Part shown: in pieces, positions 53,081 through 64,000 of the stretch
Position numbering within the stretch: the first letter of the stretch is position 1
Layout of the letters: the number at the start of each line of letters is the position of its first letter
Source: a candidate division FCPU426 bacterium
Lineage (GTDB): Bacteria > Oederibacteriota > Muellerivitia > Muellerivitales > Muellerivitaceae
Assembly (NCBI GenBank): GCA_963738405.1
Contig: CAVTWJ010000023.1
Span: 192,001-256,000 of the forward strand
Reading direction: 5' to 3'
Length of the DNA: 64,000 nt
The notes under the pieces: generated by a model
Told to the model about the DNA's origin: nothing
The model's input: the letters and a program-made list of their open reading frames with translations, nothing else
Database searches by the model: none
Translations under genes and position numbers: made by a program

Positions 53081-56000
53081 TTAATTGGAACTTTTTAACA
53101 ATTTGACATCTAAGCAAAGACCTTGCAGTTCCTTAACCAAAACATTAAACGATTCAGGCACACCCGGCTCAGGGGAGTTTTTGCCCTTCACGATCGATTC
53201 ATAAACTTTGGTTCGACCCTGAACATCATCCGATTTAACCGTCAATAATTCCTGCAAAGTGTAAGCGGCCCCATAGGCCTCCAATGCCCATACTTCCATC
53301 TCTCCAAATCGCTGACCACCAAACTGTGCTTTACCGCCCAAGGGCTGTTGAGTGATAAGGGAATAGGGCCCGATAGACCGAGCGTGAATCTTGTCATCAA
53401 CCAAGTGAGCCAATTTAAGGATGTAAATGTAACCCACGGTCACTTCTTGGTCGAACGCCTCTCCCGACATGCCATCAAAAAGAGTGATTTTTCCAGTTTC
53501 AGGAAGAGACTGCTCCTTCAAAGCTTTACGGATTTCATCTTCCCGCGCCCCGTCAAAAACGGGTGAAGAAACATGGTAACCACCCTCTGCAGCGGCCCAA
53601 CCTAAATGCGTTTCCAAAATCTGGCCCACATTCATACGGGAAGGAACGCCCAAGGGATTCAGAATGATATCAACCGGCCTTCCGTTGGGTAGATAGGGCA
53701 TATCCTCTACAGGCACAATTTTCGAAACTACTCCCTTGTTGCCATGGCGGCCCGCCATTTTGTCGCCCACTGAAAGCTTGCGTTTCTTGGCGATGTAAAC
53801 TTTGACCAATTTAATAACACCCGGGGGAAGTTCATCTCCCTTTTTGACCTTATCGATTTCGTTGTTTTTCTCACGTTCAATATCACGCACTCGACTATCA
53901 AGAACTTCCTTCAATCGCTTGGTCTCTTCATCAAATTTTTCTTCCAACCCGGCTTTTTCAGTTTTGTTCAAACCTTGGATTTTTTCATCCAACTGTTTTT
54001 TAAGAGACTCGATCCGGTTTTCGGTTTCCTTTTCGAGCTGGCGAACTTGGTGAGCCGAATCTTTTTCAATGGCTTTTAGTAGGGACGCATCCCTGCCCTT
54101 GATCTTTTCGTCTTTTTCTTTGCGTTTGAACACCTTAACATCAATGACCTTGCCCTCAACCCCCGGCGGCACCCTCAATGATGCATCTCGAACATCTCCA
54201 GCTTTTTCTCCAAAAATGGCTCTCAATAATTTTTCTTCAGGGGTTAGTTCGGTTTCACCTTTGGGAGTCACCTTTCCTACCAAAATATCTCCCGGAACCA
54301 CCTCGGCTCCAATCCTGACGATACCTTCCTCATCAAGATCTTTTAGGGCCTCATCGCCCACGTTAGGGATATCTCGAGTTATTTCTTCTTTACCCAATTT
54401 AGTGTCCCGCGCTTCCAGCTCGAACTCCTCAACATGAACCGATGTAAAGTAATCTTCCCGGACGAGTTTTTCAGAAACGATGATCGCATCTTCAAAGTTA
54501 AAGCCTCTCCATGGCATAAAAGCTACCAAGAGATTGCGACCAAGCGCCAATTCACCTTGATCAGTAGAGGGACCGTCTGCTACGACATCTCCCTTTTTAA
54601 CCTTTTCGCCTTTTTTGACGATAGGCCGCTGATTGATGCAGGTATCCTGATTCGACCGTTTGTACTTGGTTAGTTTGTAAATATCGACTGATCCTGTCGA
54701 ATCTTCATCATCTGCAAAAATGATAATTTCATCGGATGAAACCCCAGCTACAACGCCATCGCGTTTGGCAATGACCAACACACCCGAGTCATAGGCAGCC
54801 TTATATTCCATGCCCGTGCCAACAAAGGGTGCCTCGGTTCGGATCAAGGGCACGGCCTGGCGCTGCATGTTGGAACCCATGAGCGCACGGTTGGCGTCAT
54901 CATGTTCCAGGAAGGGAATCAGCGAAGTGGCTACGGAAAAAAGTTGGCGGGGTGAAACATCCATATAGTGAATGTCATTGGCGGTCACTAAGGGGAAATC
55001 GTCTTTTGATCGAGCCGCGATAATATCGCCCGTGAACTTATTATTGTCATCCAACGGCGTGTTGGCTTGAGCAATGATGTACTTATCGGCATCATCCGCA
55101 GGTAAAAATTCGATCTTTTTGGATACCTTTCCACTTTCGACTTTACGAAGAGGAGTTGTAACGAATCCGTATTCGTTAATTTGTGCGTAGGTGGAAAGGG
55201 ATGCGATCAAACCAATATTCGGCCCTTCGGGCGTTTCAATCGGACAAACCCGGCCATAATGCGTGTGGTGAACGTCACGCACCTCAAAACCTGCTCTTTC
55301 CCGGTTTAGGCCACCGGGGCCAAGCGCAGATAAGCGCCGTTTATGAGTTAATTCAGCCAAAGGATTAGTTTGGTCCATAAACTGCGACAGCTGGGAAGTT
55401 CCAAAAAATTCCTTTACTGCGGCAGTTATGGGTTTAGTGGAAATTAACTGGCTGGGCATGGGATTCATGTCCATGTCAACGATCGACATGCGCTCCCGAA
55501 CCGCGCGCTCCATACGGGTAAAGCCGAGTCGCAGTTTATTTTCTAACAATTCCCCAGCCGTACGCACCCTGCGATTTCCCAAGTGATCAATATCATCCTT
55601 TTCGCCTTTGCCATTGCACAGTTCAAAAAGATAACGAATGATCGAAACCAGATCCTCTTTAGAGATAGTGCGCTGATCCATAGGCGTTTTAAGGCCCAAC
55701 TTTTTGTTCATCTTGTATCGGCCAACCCGAGCCAAATCGTAACGGCGTTTGTTAAAGAAAAGGTTGTCCATTAAATTCTTGGCGTTTTCAAGCGTCGGGG
55801 GATCGCCCGGACGCATTTTTTTGTACACTTCCACCAGAGCCGTTTCCGTAGAATGGGTGTTGTCTTTGCGGATAGTGTTGAGAATAGAAACATCGCCAGG
55901 GTTCGAGGGCACCGCTTTCACTGACTTCACGTTAAGTTTTTTCAAAACAGCTATCACTTCAGGCGCGAAGTCCGCCCCAGCTTCAACAACCACTTCTCCC

Positions 56001-56770
56001 GTTTCCGGATTCGCAACATCTTGAGCTGCGGCTTTTCCAGAAAGCTTTTTCTCCGAGACTTCACAATTTTCCACTTCGAAGAAAATTTTCAGGATGTCCT
56101 CGTCAGAGGAAAAACCCCAAGCCCGAAGAAGGGTTGATGCAACAAATTTACGCTTTCGGTCAATGCGCGCGAAAAGAATACCATTGAGGTCAAATTCAAA
56201 TTCCAACCAGCTTCCATGGTATGGAATAACGCTGGTCATGTACATTTTCTTGCCGGAGCTGGATAACTTTCCGTCATCCTCATCGAAGGTTACGCCTGGA
56301 GAACGATGCAATTGGGAAACAATGACACGCTCAGCGCCATTGATCATAAAGGTTCCACGGTCAGTCATCATTGGAAGGTCGCAAAAGAAGACCTCCTGTT
56401 CACGAATGTCTTTCACCTTTTTGGTACCAGTTTCCAAATCCTCTTCTCGAATGACGAGGCGGAGGGTGACTTTCATCGGGACCGAATAAGTCATACCCCT
56501 TTCTTGACATTCCCGTACGTTGTACTTGGGTTCTAGAAGGGCAAAGGAAACAAATTCCAAGGATGAGACTTCATTAAAATCCCAAATTGGAAATACGCTG
56601 GAGAAAACCGATTGCAGGCCCACATCTTGTCGACTATCTACCGAACTATCCTTTTGAAGAAAAGCTTCATAGGATTTGCGCTGAAAATCAATCAAGTCCG
56701 GCATTTCCATAATGCCTGGAATGCGACTGAAATCGATGCGTTCGCGACGACCATATTTCATTTTTTTCAC
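53081..56770 (-). CDS. rpoB: RNA polymerase beta subunit
   Basis: [34 protein letters not shown]. Confidence 0.99.
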   Translation of the reverse strand: MKKMKYGRRERIDFSRIPGIMEMPDLIDFQRKSYEAFLQKDSSVDSRQDVGLQSVFSSVFPIWDFNEVSSLEFVSFALLEPKYNVRECQERGMTYSVPMKVTLRLVIREEDLETGTKKVKDIREQEVFFCDLPMMTDRGTFMINGAERVIVSQLHRSPGVTFDEDDGKLSSSGKKMYMTSVIPYHGSWLEFEFDLNGILFARIDRKRKFVASTLLRAWGFSSDEDILKIFFEVENCEVSEKKLSGKAAAQDVANPETGEVVVEAGADFAPEVIAVLKKLNVKSVKAVPSNPGDVSILNTIRKDNTHSTETALVEVYKKMRPGDPPTLENAKNLMDNLFFNKRRYDLARVGRYKMNKKLGLKTPMDQRTISKEDLVSIIRYLFELCNGKGEKDDIDHLGNRRVRTAGELLENKLRLGFTRMERAVRERMSIVDMDMNPMPSQLISTKPITAAVKEFFGTSQLSQFMDQTNPLAELTHKRRLSALGPGGLNRERAGFEVRDVHHTHYGRVCPIETPEGPNIGLIASLSTYAQINEYGFVTTPLRKVESGKVSKKIEFLPADDADKYIIAQANTPLDDNNKFTGDIIAARSKDDFPLVTANDIHYMDVSPRQLFSVATSLIPFLEHDDANRALMGSNMQRQAVPLIRTEAPFVGTGMEYKAAYDSGVLVIAKRDGVVAGVSSDEIIIFADDEDSTGSVDIYKLTKYKRSNQDTCINQRPIVKKGEKVKKGDVVADGPSTDQGELALGRNLLVAFMPWRGFNFEDAIIVSEKLVREDYFTSVHVEEFELEARDTKLGKEEITRDIPNVGDEALKDLDEEGIVRIGAEVVPGDILVGKVTPKGETELTPEEKLLRAIFGEKAGDVRDASLRVPPGVEGKVIDVKVFKRKEKDEKIKGRDASLLKAIEKDSAHQVRQLEKETENRIESLKKQLDEKIQGLNKTEKAGLEEKFDEETKRLKEVLDSRVRDIEREKNNEIDKVKKGDELPPGVIKLVKVYIAKKRKLSVGDKMAGRHGNKGVVSKIVPVEDMPYLPNGRPVDIILNPLGVPSRMNVGQILETHLGWAAAEGGYHVSSPVFDGAREDEIRKALKEQSLPETGKITLFDGMSGEAFDQEVTVGYIYILKLAHLVDDKIHARSIGPYSLITQQPLGGKAQFGGQRFGEMEVWALEAYGAAYTLQELLTVKSDDVQGRTKVYESIVKGKNSPEPGVPESFNVLVKELQGLCLDVKLLKSSN

Positions 56771-56855
56771 TTAAAAGCCCTCCGGAGACAAAAGGGGATG
56801 AACCCAAAAAAGAAAAACGAGAAAGGGGGTTTCTCGTTTTGGGCAAAGAGGGGTG

Positions 56856-56885
56856 ATTATACAGAGGTGATTTTCAATTAGTCAA
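56856..56885 (-). promoter_or_regulatory. sigma70-type promoter for rpoBC
   Basis: TTGACT-18 nt-TATAAT; the -35 overlaps the prmC stop. Confidence 0.65.
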
Positions 56886-57760
56886 CAAATTGTTGGACTT
56901 TCTAGACTTAATATCCTTGGTAGTCCTTGCAAATCAGGTAGAACCGATTTGTATCCAGGGAAGTCCGCAAAGGTCTTTTGTATATTTTCTGCGTTGTTGG
57001 AATGTATCTCTAATAGTGCTATTCCCCCTGGCAAAAGCCTTTTAAAAAGGGTCAAGCTTATTTCATGATAAGCTGTTAAACCATCTTCACCTGCAAAAAG
57101 GGCCTCTTTTGGCTCAAAAAGCCTTATTTCATCTTGTAACTCATTTTTCTCTTTTTCTGGAATGTAAGGGGGATTACTGACAATGACATGATATTGTTCT
57201 GGATCTTCGGGAGTCAAAGCATCAAACCAATTTCCTAAACGCCAATGATAGGACCCGTCCGGATCAATCGTAACGGCGTTATTAGCGGCTAAATCCAGGG
57301 CCTTTTGCGATTGATCCACTCCCCAAAATTCAGCCGAAAAAGCTTTCGAAATTGAAATAGCAATACACCCACTTCCAGTTCCAAGGTCTAATACTTTAGG
57401 GGATTTCCAGTTATTTTTTTTCAGTTGTTCCACGGCCCTTTCAACCAAGTGCTCGGTTTCCGGGCGCGGGATCAATACACCGGGCTTAACTTTAAAAGAA
57501 TGACCATAAAACTCCCTGCATCCCAAAATATACTGAAGGGGTTCACGGTTTGCCCTTCTTTTCATGAATTCCCGCAATCGATCCAGTTCATCCGCATTTA
57601 AGGGCCGATCAAATTGGAGATAAACCTTCAAGCGGTCAATACCGAGGGAACAAGCAATTAAGCATTCGGCATCTAAGCGGGCTGTTTTTATCCCTTTCTG
57701 GGTTAAATAAGGCACTGCCCATTGGAGGATTTTGAGCGGAGTCCAAATTCCCTGATTCAC
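56882..57760 (-). CDS. prmC: release factor glutamine methyltransferase
   Basis: EPLQYILG, LIPRPETE, LDLGTGSG, SNPPY. Confidence 0.96.
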   Translation of the reverse strand: MNQGIWTPLKILQWAVPYLTQKGIKTARLDAECLIACSLGIDRLKVYLQFDRPLNADELDRLREFMKRRANREPLQYILGCREFYGHSFKVKPGVLIPRPETEHLVERAVEQLKKNNWKSPKVLDLGTGSGCIAISISKAFSAEFWGVDQSQKALDLAANNAVTIDPDGSYHWRLGNWFDALTPEDPEQYHVIVSNPPYIPEKEKNELQDEIRLFEPKEALFAGEDGLTAYHEISLTLFKRLLPGGIALLEIHSNNAENIQKTFADFPGYKSVLPDLQGLPRILSLESPTIC

Positions 57761-57839
57761 GCCTCCCCTTTCCCAATCCTCGAAGAATTCTCGATGCTGA
57801 TTTGCTACTGTACGACAAAATCGGTTACATTTTTTTGTT

Positions 57840-58907
57840 TTACAAAACTTCTTTAAGTTTCTCTTCCTGGTCCGCCAGGGAAAGGGCTTCTATAAACTCT
57901 TCAATTTCCCCATCCATAACCCTGTCGAGCTTATAAAGGGTTAGTCCGATTCGGTGGTCTGTGACACGATTTTGGGGGAAATTGTAAGTTCTAATTTTCT
58001 CGCTTCGATCCCCGCTCCCCACCAAACTCTTGCGAGTAGCGGACACCTTGGCCCGTGATTCCTCCTCGGCCTTCTCTTGTAATCGAGCGGCCAGAACCTT
58101 CATGGCTTTAGCTTTATTCTTTAGTTGAGAACGCTCGTCTTGGCATTGCACCACCAACCCCGATGGGAGATGGGTGATCCGAACCGCCGAATAGGTTGTA
58201 TTGACACTTTGCCCGCCCGCACCAGAGGAACAAAAAGTGTCAATTTTTAGGTCCGCATCCTTGATCTGGACTTCCACCTCATCCACTTCAGGCAAAACCG
58301 CGACCGTTGCCGCTGACGTATGGATTCGCCCGGATGCTTCGGTACGCGGCACACGCTGAACCCGATGGGTCCCGCTTTCATATCGCAACTTTCCAAAAGC
58401 ACCCTTTCCAAGGACATTAAAGACGATTTCCTTGAACCCGCCAATTTCCGTAGGCGTCGTGGAGATCAGTTCCATTTTAAACCCCGATCTTTCCAAATAT
58501 CGGGTATACATACGCAAAAGATCAGAGGCAAATAATGCCGCTTCTTCACCCCCAGTTCCAGCGCGGATCTCAAGAAAAACGTTTCGGCCTTGATGTGGGT
58601 CCTTGGGAATCAGAAGAAGACGAATTTCCTTTTCCAAGACTCGAAGTCTTTCTTCCAATTTAGGTCCTTCCGAGGCGGCCAGATTCCTCATCTCCGGGTC
58701 CCCGTCGTTCAAAAGTGTTTTAACTTCGGCTCTTTCCTTTTGGCATTGAAAATATTCACCTGCCTTGATTGCCAACGATTCTAAATCCGAACGTTCTTTC
58801 GTGAGTTTTTGTAGTTCCGCCGACCCAGAAAGGGTATCTGGACGCATGAGTCGCTCAGAAAGCTCTTGAAAGCGTTTTTGGGCAAGGAGAATTTTGGCCT
58901 CTATCAT
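57840..58907 (-). CDS. prfA: peptide chain release factor 1
   Basis: PRT (PxT) motif, GAGGQ, RTYNFPQ. Confidence 0.97.
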   Translation of the reverse strand: MIEAKILLAQKRFQELSERLMRPDTLSGSAELQKLTKERSDLESLAIKAGEYFQCQKERAEVKTLLNDGDPEMRNLAASEGPKLEERLRVLEKEIRLLLIPKDPHQGRNVFLEIRAGTGGEEAALFASDLLRMYTRYLERSGFKMELISTTPTEIGGFKEIVFNVLGKGAFGKLRYESGTHRVQRVPRTEASGRIHTSAATVAVLPEVDEVEVQIKDADLKIDTFCSSGAGGQSVNTTYSAVRITHLPSGLVVQCQDERSQLKNKAKAMKVLAARLQEKAEEESRAKVSATRKSLVGSGDRSEKIRTYNFPQNRVTDHRIGLTLYKLDRVMDGEIEEFIEALSLADQEEKLKEVL

Positions 58908-58937
58908 GATCAACCCGTTTACTCAGTATGGAGTCGT

Positions 58938-58973
58938 AAAAAAAGAAAACGCCCTTGGACAATCCAAGGGCGT
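58938..58973 (-). terminator. intrinsic terminator after rpmE
   Basis: ACGCCCTTGGA-CAA-TCCAAGGGCGT perfect stem with U-rich tail on the minus strand. Confidence 0.8.
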
Positions 58974-58993
58974 AAAAAGATAAGGCTTAAAAG

Positions 58994-59308
58994 CTAATTG
59001 GCAGATTTATCGACTGGGGGCGGAACGGCTGCTCGTTTTGCCTTCTTTGCTGCCGCGGCAACCGCTTTGGCTTCCAATCGGGCTTGGTTTTCAGCCTGGG
59101 CCGTTGCGGCTGTCGCTGATTTCTTTTGAAACTTCTCAACCCGGCCAGCCATGTCCAAAAGCTTAATTTTGCCAGTAAAGAAAGGATGGCATGCGGAGCA
59201 AACCTCTACCGAGTACCCTTCTCCTTTGGTCGAGGCTGTTTCAATCACATTCCCGCAGGCGCATGTAACGCGGGTTTTAACATATTTAGGATGGATTCCG
59301 GTCTTCAT
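58994..59308 (-). CDS. rpmE: 50S ribosomal protein L31 with Ala/Lys-rich C-terminal tail
   Basis: [29 protein letters not shown]. Confidence 0.96.
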   Translation of the reverse strand: MKTGIHPKYVKTRVTCACGNVIETASTKGEGYSVEVCSACHPFFTGKIKLLDMAGRVEKFQKKSATAATAQAENQARLEAKAVAAAAKKAKRAAVPPPVDKSAN

Positions 59309-59458
59309 CACAACTCTCCATTTAATCGTCTTTACCTATACCCGAAGGATATCCTCGGTTCAGGGTGGGTTAGTTTAGGCGAAAATTGCAAAAAATCAAT
59401 ATTTATACTTTTATCAATAGGAAAGAAGGCCCCAAATAGCAACCTGCGCCCAAATAAA

Positions 59459-60409
59459 CTACTGAACCAAATAGATCAAGGGGTTTTGTGGCTTACCATT
59501 GACTCGAATCTCGAAATGAAGATGCGGTCCCGTCACTTTGCCTGATTCCCCGACTTTGCCGATTAAATCGCCCCTTTTAACCCAACTTCCCATCTTTACT
59601 AAAATTTTGTCCAAATGGGCGTAATAAGACGTGATCCCCTGACTATGGTCTAAAATAATCAAGCGTCCATAACCGGCATCCAATCCCGCGAAAATCACTT
59701 TACCATCTTGCGAAGCAACCACTCGAGCTCCCAAACCGGGGGCCAAATCAAGCCCGGAATGAAAAACCACCTTATGGGTGATGGGATGAACCCTGTTTCC
59801 AAAACCGTCCGCAAAACGCCCGGTCGTGGGTTTTAAAAAACCTCTTTTTAACTGCAAGGACATTAACGTCAGCCACCGGGGATCTTTGGCGGAAAGATAG
59901 GGTGCCCCTGGAAGCAAAAGAACCTCGCCGGTCTGCACGTCCCCGTCCCCCCTTTTACGATTGGCCCGAAGAACCCCCTTCAAGGAAACACCGTAGGTTC
60001 GCGCGATATCCGAAAGACTTTGGCCCAATAAAACAACATGGAAAATTCCATCTTGCGAGGGAATCAGCAAATCGTTACCAGAAGGAGGCGGGCTGTTGTC
60101 ATTGACCTGGTTGAGACTGCGAAGGGCTGTTTCAGAAATACCAAATCTGGAAGCGATGGATCGAAAGGTATCGCCAGCTACAGGGTGATAAAAAGAAAAA
60201 TTAAGTCCTGGAACACTGGTAGGGGGCGGGGCTTGGGCAAATACCGTTTCGGGAGCATTGCCGGCGGGGGATAATATCAGGTCCTTGAACCTGGGGTTCT
60301 CATCATAAGCCAACCCAAATAACATCCCCATCCACAAGGAAAGAAGGACCGCCGCAATAATAGCAAATACGGTTACGTCGCTCAGTCCCTTTCGCCGGGG
60401 AGAATCCAT
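59459..60409 (-). CDS. membrane-anchored LysM + M23 peptidase
   Basis: N-terminal TM segment, two LysM-like repeats, HSGLD and HLH zinc motifs. Confidence 0.88.
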   Translation of the reverse strand: MDSPRRKGLSDVTVFAIIAAVLLSLWMGMLFGLAYDENPRFKDLILSPAGNAPETVFAQAPPPTSVPGLNFSFYHPVAGDTFRSIASRFGISETALRSLNQVNDNSPPPSGNDLLIPSQDGIFHVVLLGQSLSDIARTYGVSLKGVLRANRKRGDGDVQTGEVLLLPGAPYLSAKDPRWLTLMSLQLKRGFLKPTTGRFADGFGNRVHPITHKVVFHSGLDLAPGLGARVVASQDGKVIFAGLDAGYGRLIILDHSQGITSYYAHLDKILVKMGSWVKRGDLIGKVGESGKVTGPHLHFEIRVNGKPQNPLIYLVQ

Positions 60410-60412
60410 GCT

Positions 60413-61672
60413 CTAATCGTTAAGGGTTCCCTTCATAGATTCCAGGAAAGCCTTATTGGTCTTGGCTCGACGCATCTTGTCCAGCAAAAACTCCATTGCT
60501 TCGACCGGGTTATTAGGGTTTAGAATTTTCCGAAGAATCCAAACCTTGTTCAATTCCTCTTCCGTCATCAGGAGTTCCTCTCGACGGGTCCCGGAACGGG
60601 TAATGTCGAAGGCGGGAAAGACACGGCGATCGGCCAATTTTCGGTCTAGGATAATTTCCATATTTCCCGTTCCCTTGAATTCTTCGAAAATGACTTCATC
60701 CATACGGCTTCCAGTGTCAATGAGAGCAGTTGCGATGATCGTTAAGCTTCCACCTTCCTCCAAATCTCGAGCCGCTCCAAAAAACCGCTTGGGACGTTGC
60801 AACGCGTTTGAATCCACCCCGCCCGAGAGGACTTTTCCCGATGATGGAACAATGGTGTTGTAGGCGCGGCCTAAGCGGGTGATGGAATCGAGCAGGATTA
60901 CTACGTCTCTCTTATGCTCCACCAGCCGTTTAGCCTTTTCAATGATGATCTCCGCGACGGTCACATGGCGTTCCGGTGGTTCATCGAATGTGGAGGATAC
61001 CACCTCGCCCTTAACCGAACGCTGCATATCGGTAACTTCTTCGGGCCGTTCGTCAATTAAAAGGACAATCAGGTAAACCTCGGGATGGTTTTTGGTGATA
61101 CTGTTGGCGATCTTTTGCAGGAGAATGGTTTTTCCAGTCCGGGGCGGGGCTACCACCAAGCCGCGTTGTCCCTTACCTAAAGGGATCAACAGATCCATGA
61201 CGCGGGTCGAAAGATCATCGGGGGTAGTTTCAAGCCAAATCCGTTTATTGGGATAAACCGGGGTCATATTGTCAAAAAGAACCTTCTGCTTGACGGCTTC
61301 GGGAGGGTCAAAATTAATCGTATCGACTTTTAAAAGAGCAAAATATCGTTCCCCTTCCTTAGGCGGGCGGACCTGCCCCGTAACCGTGTCGCCTGTGCGA
61401 AGGTTGAAACGCCTGATTTGAGAGGGCGATACGTAAATATCATCGGGACCAGGCAAATAATTGTAATTGGCGGACCGAAGAAATCCGAAACCATCAGGTA
61501 ATATTTCCAATACTCCTTCGGCGTTAATAACGCCGTTGCGTTGAGTCTGGGTCTCAAGGAGCTTGAAGATCAAATCTTGTTTCTTCATGGCGCTGATTCC
61601 CTCAAGGTTCAGCTCACCCGCCATTTCAGTCAGCTCAGCGATTGTCTTTTTCTTCAAGTCTGCGATATCCAT
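60413..61672 (-). CDS. rho: transcription termination factor Rho
   Basis: [37 protein letters not shown]. Confidence 0.98.
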   Translation of the reverse strand: MDIADLKKKTIAELTEMAGELNLEGISAMKKQDLIFKLLETQTQRNGVINAEGVLEILPDGFGFLRSANYNYLPGPDDIYVSPSQIRRFNLRTGDTVTGQVRPPKEGERYFALLKVDTINFDPPEAVKQKVLFDNMTPVYPNKRIWLETTPDDLSTRVMDLLIPLGKGQRGLVVAPPRTGKTILLQKIANSITKNHPEVYLIVLLIDERPEEVTDMQRSVKGEVVSSTFDEPPERHVTVAEIIIEKAKRLVEHKRDVVILLDSITRLGRAYNTIVPSSGKVLSGGVDSNALQRPKRFFGAARDLEEGGSLTIIATALIDTGSRMDEVIFEEFKGTGNMEIILDRKLADRRVFPAFDITRSGTRREELLMTEEELNKVWILRKILNPNNPVEAMEFLLDKMRRAKTNKAFLESMKGTLND

Positions 61673-61920
61673 AAAAACGTCTTTCCTTTCAAATCAAATT
61701 CGGATGATTCCAGTTTCGGAAGCCCTTTCAAAAAACTGGTACTGGTATTAAAAATATTCCTTTAGTTGTGGGTTTAGCCTTAGCCTAAGAAACAAGGGGA
61801 TTTTAAAGGGTTGAAAAGAATCGGATTAACCACTCGTTCAAGATTTAATATTCGGGTTTGGGAAGCGAACCGCCGGGAGTTCTTCAAAAGGCTGAAACGG
61901 CATTTCTGTGAAGACAAGGC

Positions 61921-61950
61921 ATCCTATTCCAATTTCTTTAAAAGTGTCAA
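61921..61950 (-). promoter_or_regulatory. probable rho promoter
   Basis: TTGACA-18 nt-TAGGAT, about 250 nt upstream of the rho ATG. Confidence 0.55.
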
Positions 61951-61969
61951 TCTTTTTTATCCATAAAAT

Positions 61970-63364
61970 TTACAAGGGGAAAGCAACCACTTGGTTCCGT
62001 CCGCGACCCTTAGCCGCATAGAGGGCCTTGTCCGCTTTCGCAATCAAATCAAGCATAGAGGATGAATCCTGCGGAAAGGTCGCCACACCCACCGAAACCG
62101 TAACTTGCGTTGAATCCTTTCCTACAAGGAAGACGTGGCTTTCCACCGCCCGGCGTAATTTCTCCGCAAGTTCCATGGCCTGGCCCTTGGATGTTTCCGC
62201 CGCGACCAACACCATCTCTTCCCCGCCGTAGCGGGCCGCCAAATGGGTTATTTCAGATTGTTCCCTTAAAATTTTAGCCACATCCATCAAAACGTGGTCT
62301 CCCGCCACATGTCCGTAATGGTCGTTGTAATGCTTGAAATGATCGATGTCGAGTATCAAAAGACTCAACTCAGAAGAATAACGAGTGGCTAGGACGATTT
62401 CCTCCTCTAGGCGAAGTTTGAAATATCTGTGGGAAAAAAGCTTTGTCAATCCATCGGTAATCGAGAGTTTTTGAACCTTCTCATAAAGAAGAGACTTCTG
62501 AAGCCCAATGGAAATTTGATTGCAAAAGACCTGCAAGTTAGAAAATTTTTCCTCGTCCAAAAAATCCTCTTTGTTCGAGAAGGAACATAGAAAACCGATC
62601 ACACGTTCTTGAACCAAAAAAGGCAGGAACATAAAGGACCGAATGGGAAGATGTTTCCACTTCGAAAATTGGGGATCCGACGCCAACGATTTGACCCAAC
62701 GGGGTTTGGATTCCTTAGCTAATCTAGCTCCCAACTGACTGGAATCCGGTTCGATCTCCAGCGTCTTGAGAAAGGCCTCATCACATCCCGAGGCGATACG
62801 AATCTCAAAACTACGCCCATCGTTTGATAAAGCCCCAAGGATAAAATGAGGAAGATCGAACATACGCTCAGTAAAATCTTTTGCCAACTCGATCATTTCC
62901 TGAACATTTAAAGTGCTTCCGGCTTCTTTAATGACGTCATAAAGATGCTCAACTTGGCGAAGTCGTTTTTCGATGAGAGAATTCTGTTGTCTCAACCTAT
63001 CAGCTTCAAGCTTCTTGATATCCAACTCTTTTTTCAGCCGTTCATATTCCTCATCAAATCTTTGCTTGGCGCGGTCTTGGTAAGCCTGAATAAAATCAGG
63101 CGTCAACAGAAGAAAAAAAACCGCCAGCAACTCGGGAAAAACTAAATTAGAAGCAAGGCCCCCGGCCACCACCTTGATAACCGCAGTACCTAGGGCATAA
63201 ACCAAAAAAAACCAACGTGCTCCGTTGGGAAATTGAAGCCGTCCCGGAACGATAAAAAGGATCGGAGAAGCTATAGCATAGGGACCCAAAGTCGGCAAAC
63301 AGCATAATCCCAAAACAATAATTCCAAGCAATATGCCGCATACCATTTCAACCCTGTCGGTCAT
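61970..63364 (-). CDS. membrane-anchored coiled-coil-GAF-GGDEF diguanylate cyclase
   Basis: Three N-terminal hydrophobic segments, GAF-like region, TDGLT, DIDHFK, RYGGEEM. Confidence 0.88.
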   Translation of the reverse strand: MTDRVEMVCGILLGIIVLGLCCLPTLGPYAIASPILFIVPGRLQFPNGARWFFLVYALGTAVIKVVAGGLASNLVFPELLAVFFLLLTPDFIQAYQDRAKQRFDEEYERLKKELDIKKLEADRLRQQNSLIEKRLRQVEHLYDVIKEAGSTLNVQEMIELAKDFTERMFDLPHFILGALSNDGRSFEIRIASGCDEAFLKTLEIEPDSSQLGARLAKESKPRWVKSLASDPQFSKWKHLPIRSFMFLPFLVQERVIGFLCSFSNKEDFLDEEKFSNLQVFCNQISIGLQKSLLYEKVQKLSITDGLTKLFSHRYFKLRLEEEIVLATRYSSELSLLILDIDHFKHYNDHYGHVAGDHVLMDVAKILREQSEITHLAARYGGEEMVLVAAETSKGQAMELAEKLRRAVESHVFLVGKDSTQVTVSVGVATFPQDSSSMLDLIAKADKALYAAKGRGRNQVVAFPL

Positions 63365-64000
63365 GAAAGACTCCCAGTTCTCGCTAAACGAACACAGTTT
63401 TTGCCCTCACCCTTAGCGCGATAAAGCGCCTGGTCTGCGGCATCAATGAATTTTTCCACTTCTCTATATTCGATAGCGAGTTCGGCTACCCCAATCGAAA
63501 CAGTTACATGGGTTGTTTCTTGGGACGCGATAATTTCTTGTTCTTCAACTTTTTGGCGTATTCTTTCAGCCACCGTTTGAGCGCCTAGCCATGGAGTTTT
63601 TAGAAGAAGCACAGAAAATTCCTCACCCCCGTACCTTGCGACCAAATCGACAGTTCGAACAGATTCTTTTAATACCTGCGCCACCACCTTTAAAACCCTA
63701 TCCCCTACCAGGTGACCGTAACGGTCGTTATAGGTTTTGAAATTATCAACGTCGATCATGAGCAGACTTAATGGAAGCTTGTGCTCTTGGGCTCGAAACA
63801 CCTCGTCTCGAAGCCTTTCCTTGTAATATCGTTGGACATAAAGGCCTGTAAGGCCATCAGTTATGGCTAATTCTATCGTCTGGCGGTAGAGGGCAACATG
63901 TTCCAGCGCAACAGTTCCTAGGTCGGCAAAATTGGAAAGAAGACGCGCATCTTCTTGCCTGAAAGCCCCGGGAAAACCTGATTCCATTCGGATCAATCCC
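63361..64000 (-). CDS. GAF-GGDEF diguanylate cyclase (5' end outside window)
   Basis: TDGLTGL, DVDNFK, RTVD I-site, RYGGEEF; frame open to the window edge. Confidence 0.88.
   Translation of the reverse strand, partial: GLIRMESGFPGAFRQEDARLLSNFADLGTVALEHVALYRQTIELAITDGLTGLYVQRYYKERLRDEVFRAQEHKLPLSLLMIDVDNFKTYNDRYGHLVGDRVLKVVAQVLKESVRTVDLVARYGGEEFSVLLLKTPWLGAQTVAERIRQKVEEQEIIASQETTHVTVSIGVAELAIEYREVEKFIDAADQALYRAKGEGKNCVRLARTGSLS

Noticed and set aside
53830..54130. Charged coiled-coil insertion in RpoB, and the SI3-like insertion in RpoC
   Set aside because: Positions match known lineage-specific insertions (beta i9, beta' i6); no intein motifs
59320..59400. Possible L31 leader RNA upstream of rpmE
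   Set aside because: Only a short weak hairpin; cannot be supported without covariation analysis
1..64000. rRNA, tRNA, CRISPR arrays, IS elements, prophage genes
   Set aside because: Intergenic spaces are short and none showed cloverleafs, spaced direct repeats or transposase/phage motifs

Overview
A mostly core-genome bacterial window with almost every gene on the minus strand. Left part (1-24 kb, higher GC): queF, a VOC-family gene, a futalosine-pathway menaquinone cluster (mqnC, mqnA, mqnE, ubiA/ubiX/ubiE/ubiD-like genes), truA, a DUF2723/TPR membrane glycosyltransferase-like gene, a monoheme cytochrome c, tpx, asd and a Thr/Pro-rich exported protein. These are followed by leuB, a small low-GC insert (RelE/ParE toxin-antitoxin plus a solitary PD-(D/E)xK nuclease-like gene) and the ilvB-ilvN-ilvC-psd-pssA-leuA operon, which is headed by an unannotated Ile/Leu/Val leader-peptide attenuator. 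Middle (24-29 kb): orphan membrane and exported proteins and a stand-alone repeat protein. Right part (29-64 kb, lower GC): an uninterrupted rpoBC-str-S10-spc-alpha gene cluster, then prmC-prfA-rpmE, a LysM/M23 peptidase, rho and two diguanylate cyclases. The most notable signals are cis-regulatory: a roughly 200-nt rpsL leader with a candidate terminator/antiterminator switch, the ilv attenuator, and the rpoB and rho leaders. Also notable are unusual changes in conserved loops of uL2 and uL22, and a possible shared C-terminal sorting domain on exported proteins. I saw no rRNA, tRNA, CRISPR array or transposase. All calls are from manual reading; no database searches or folding programs were run.
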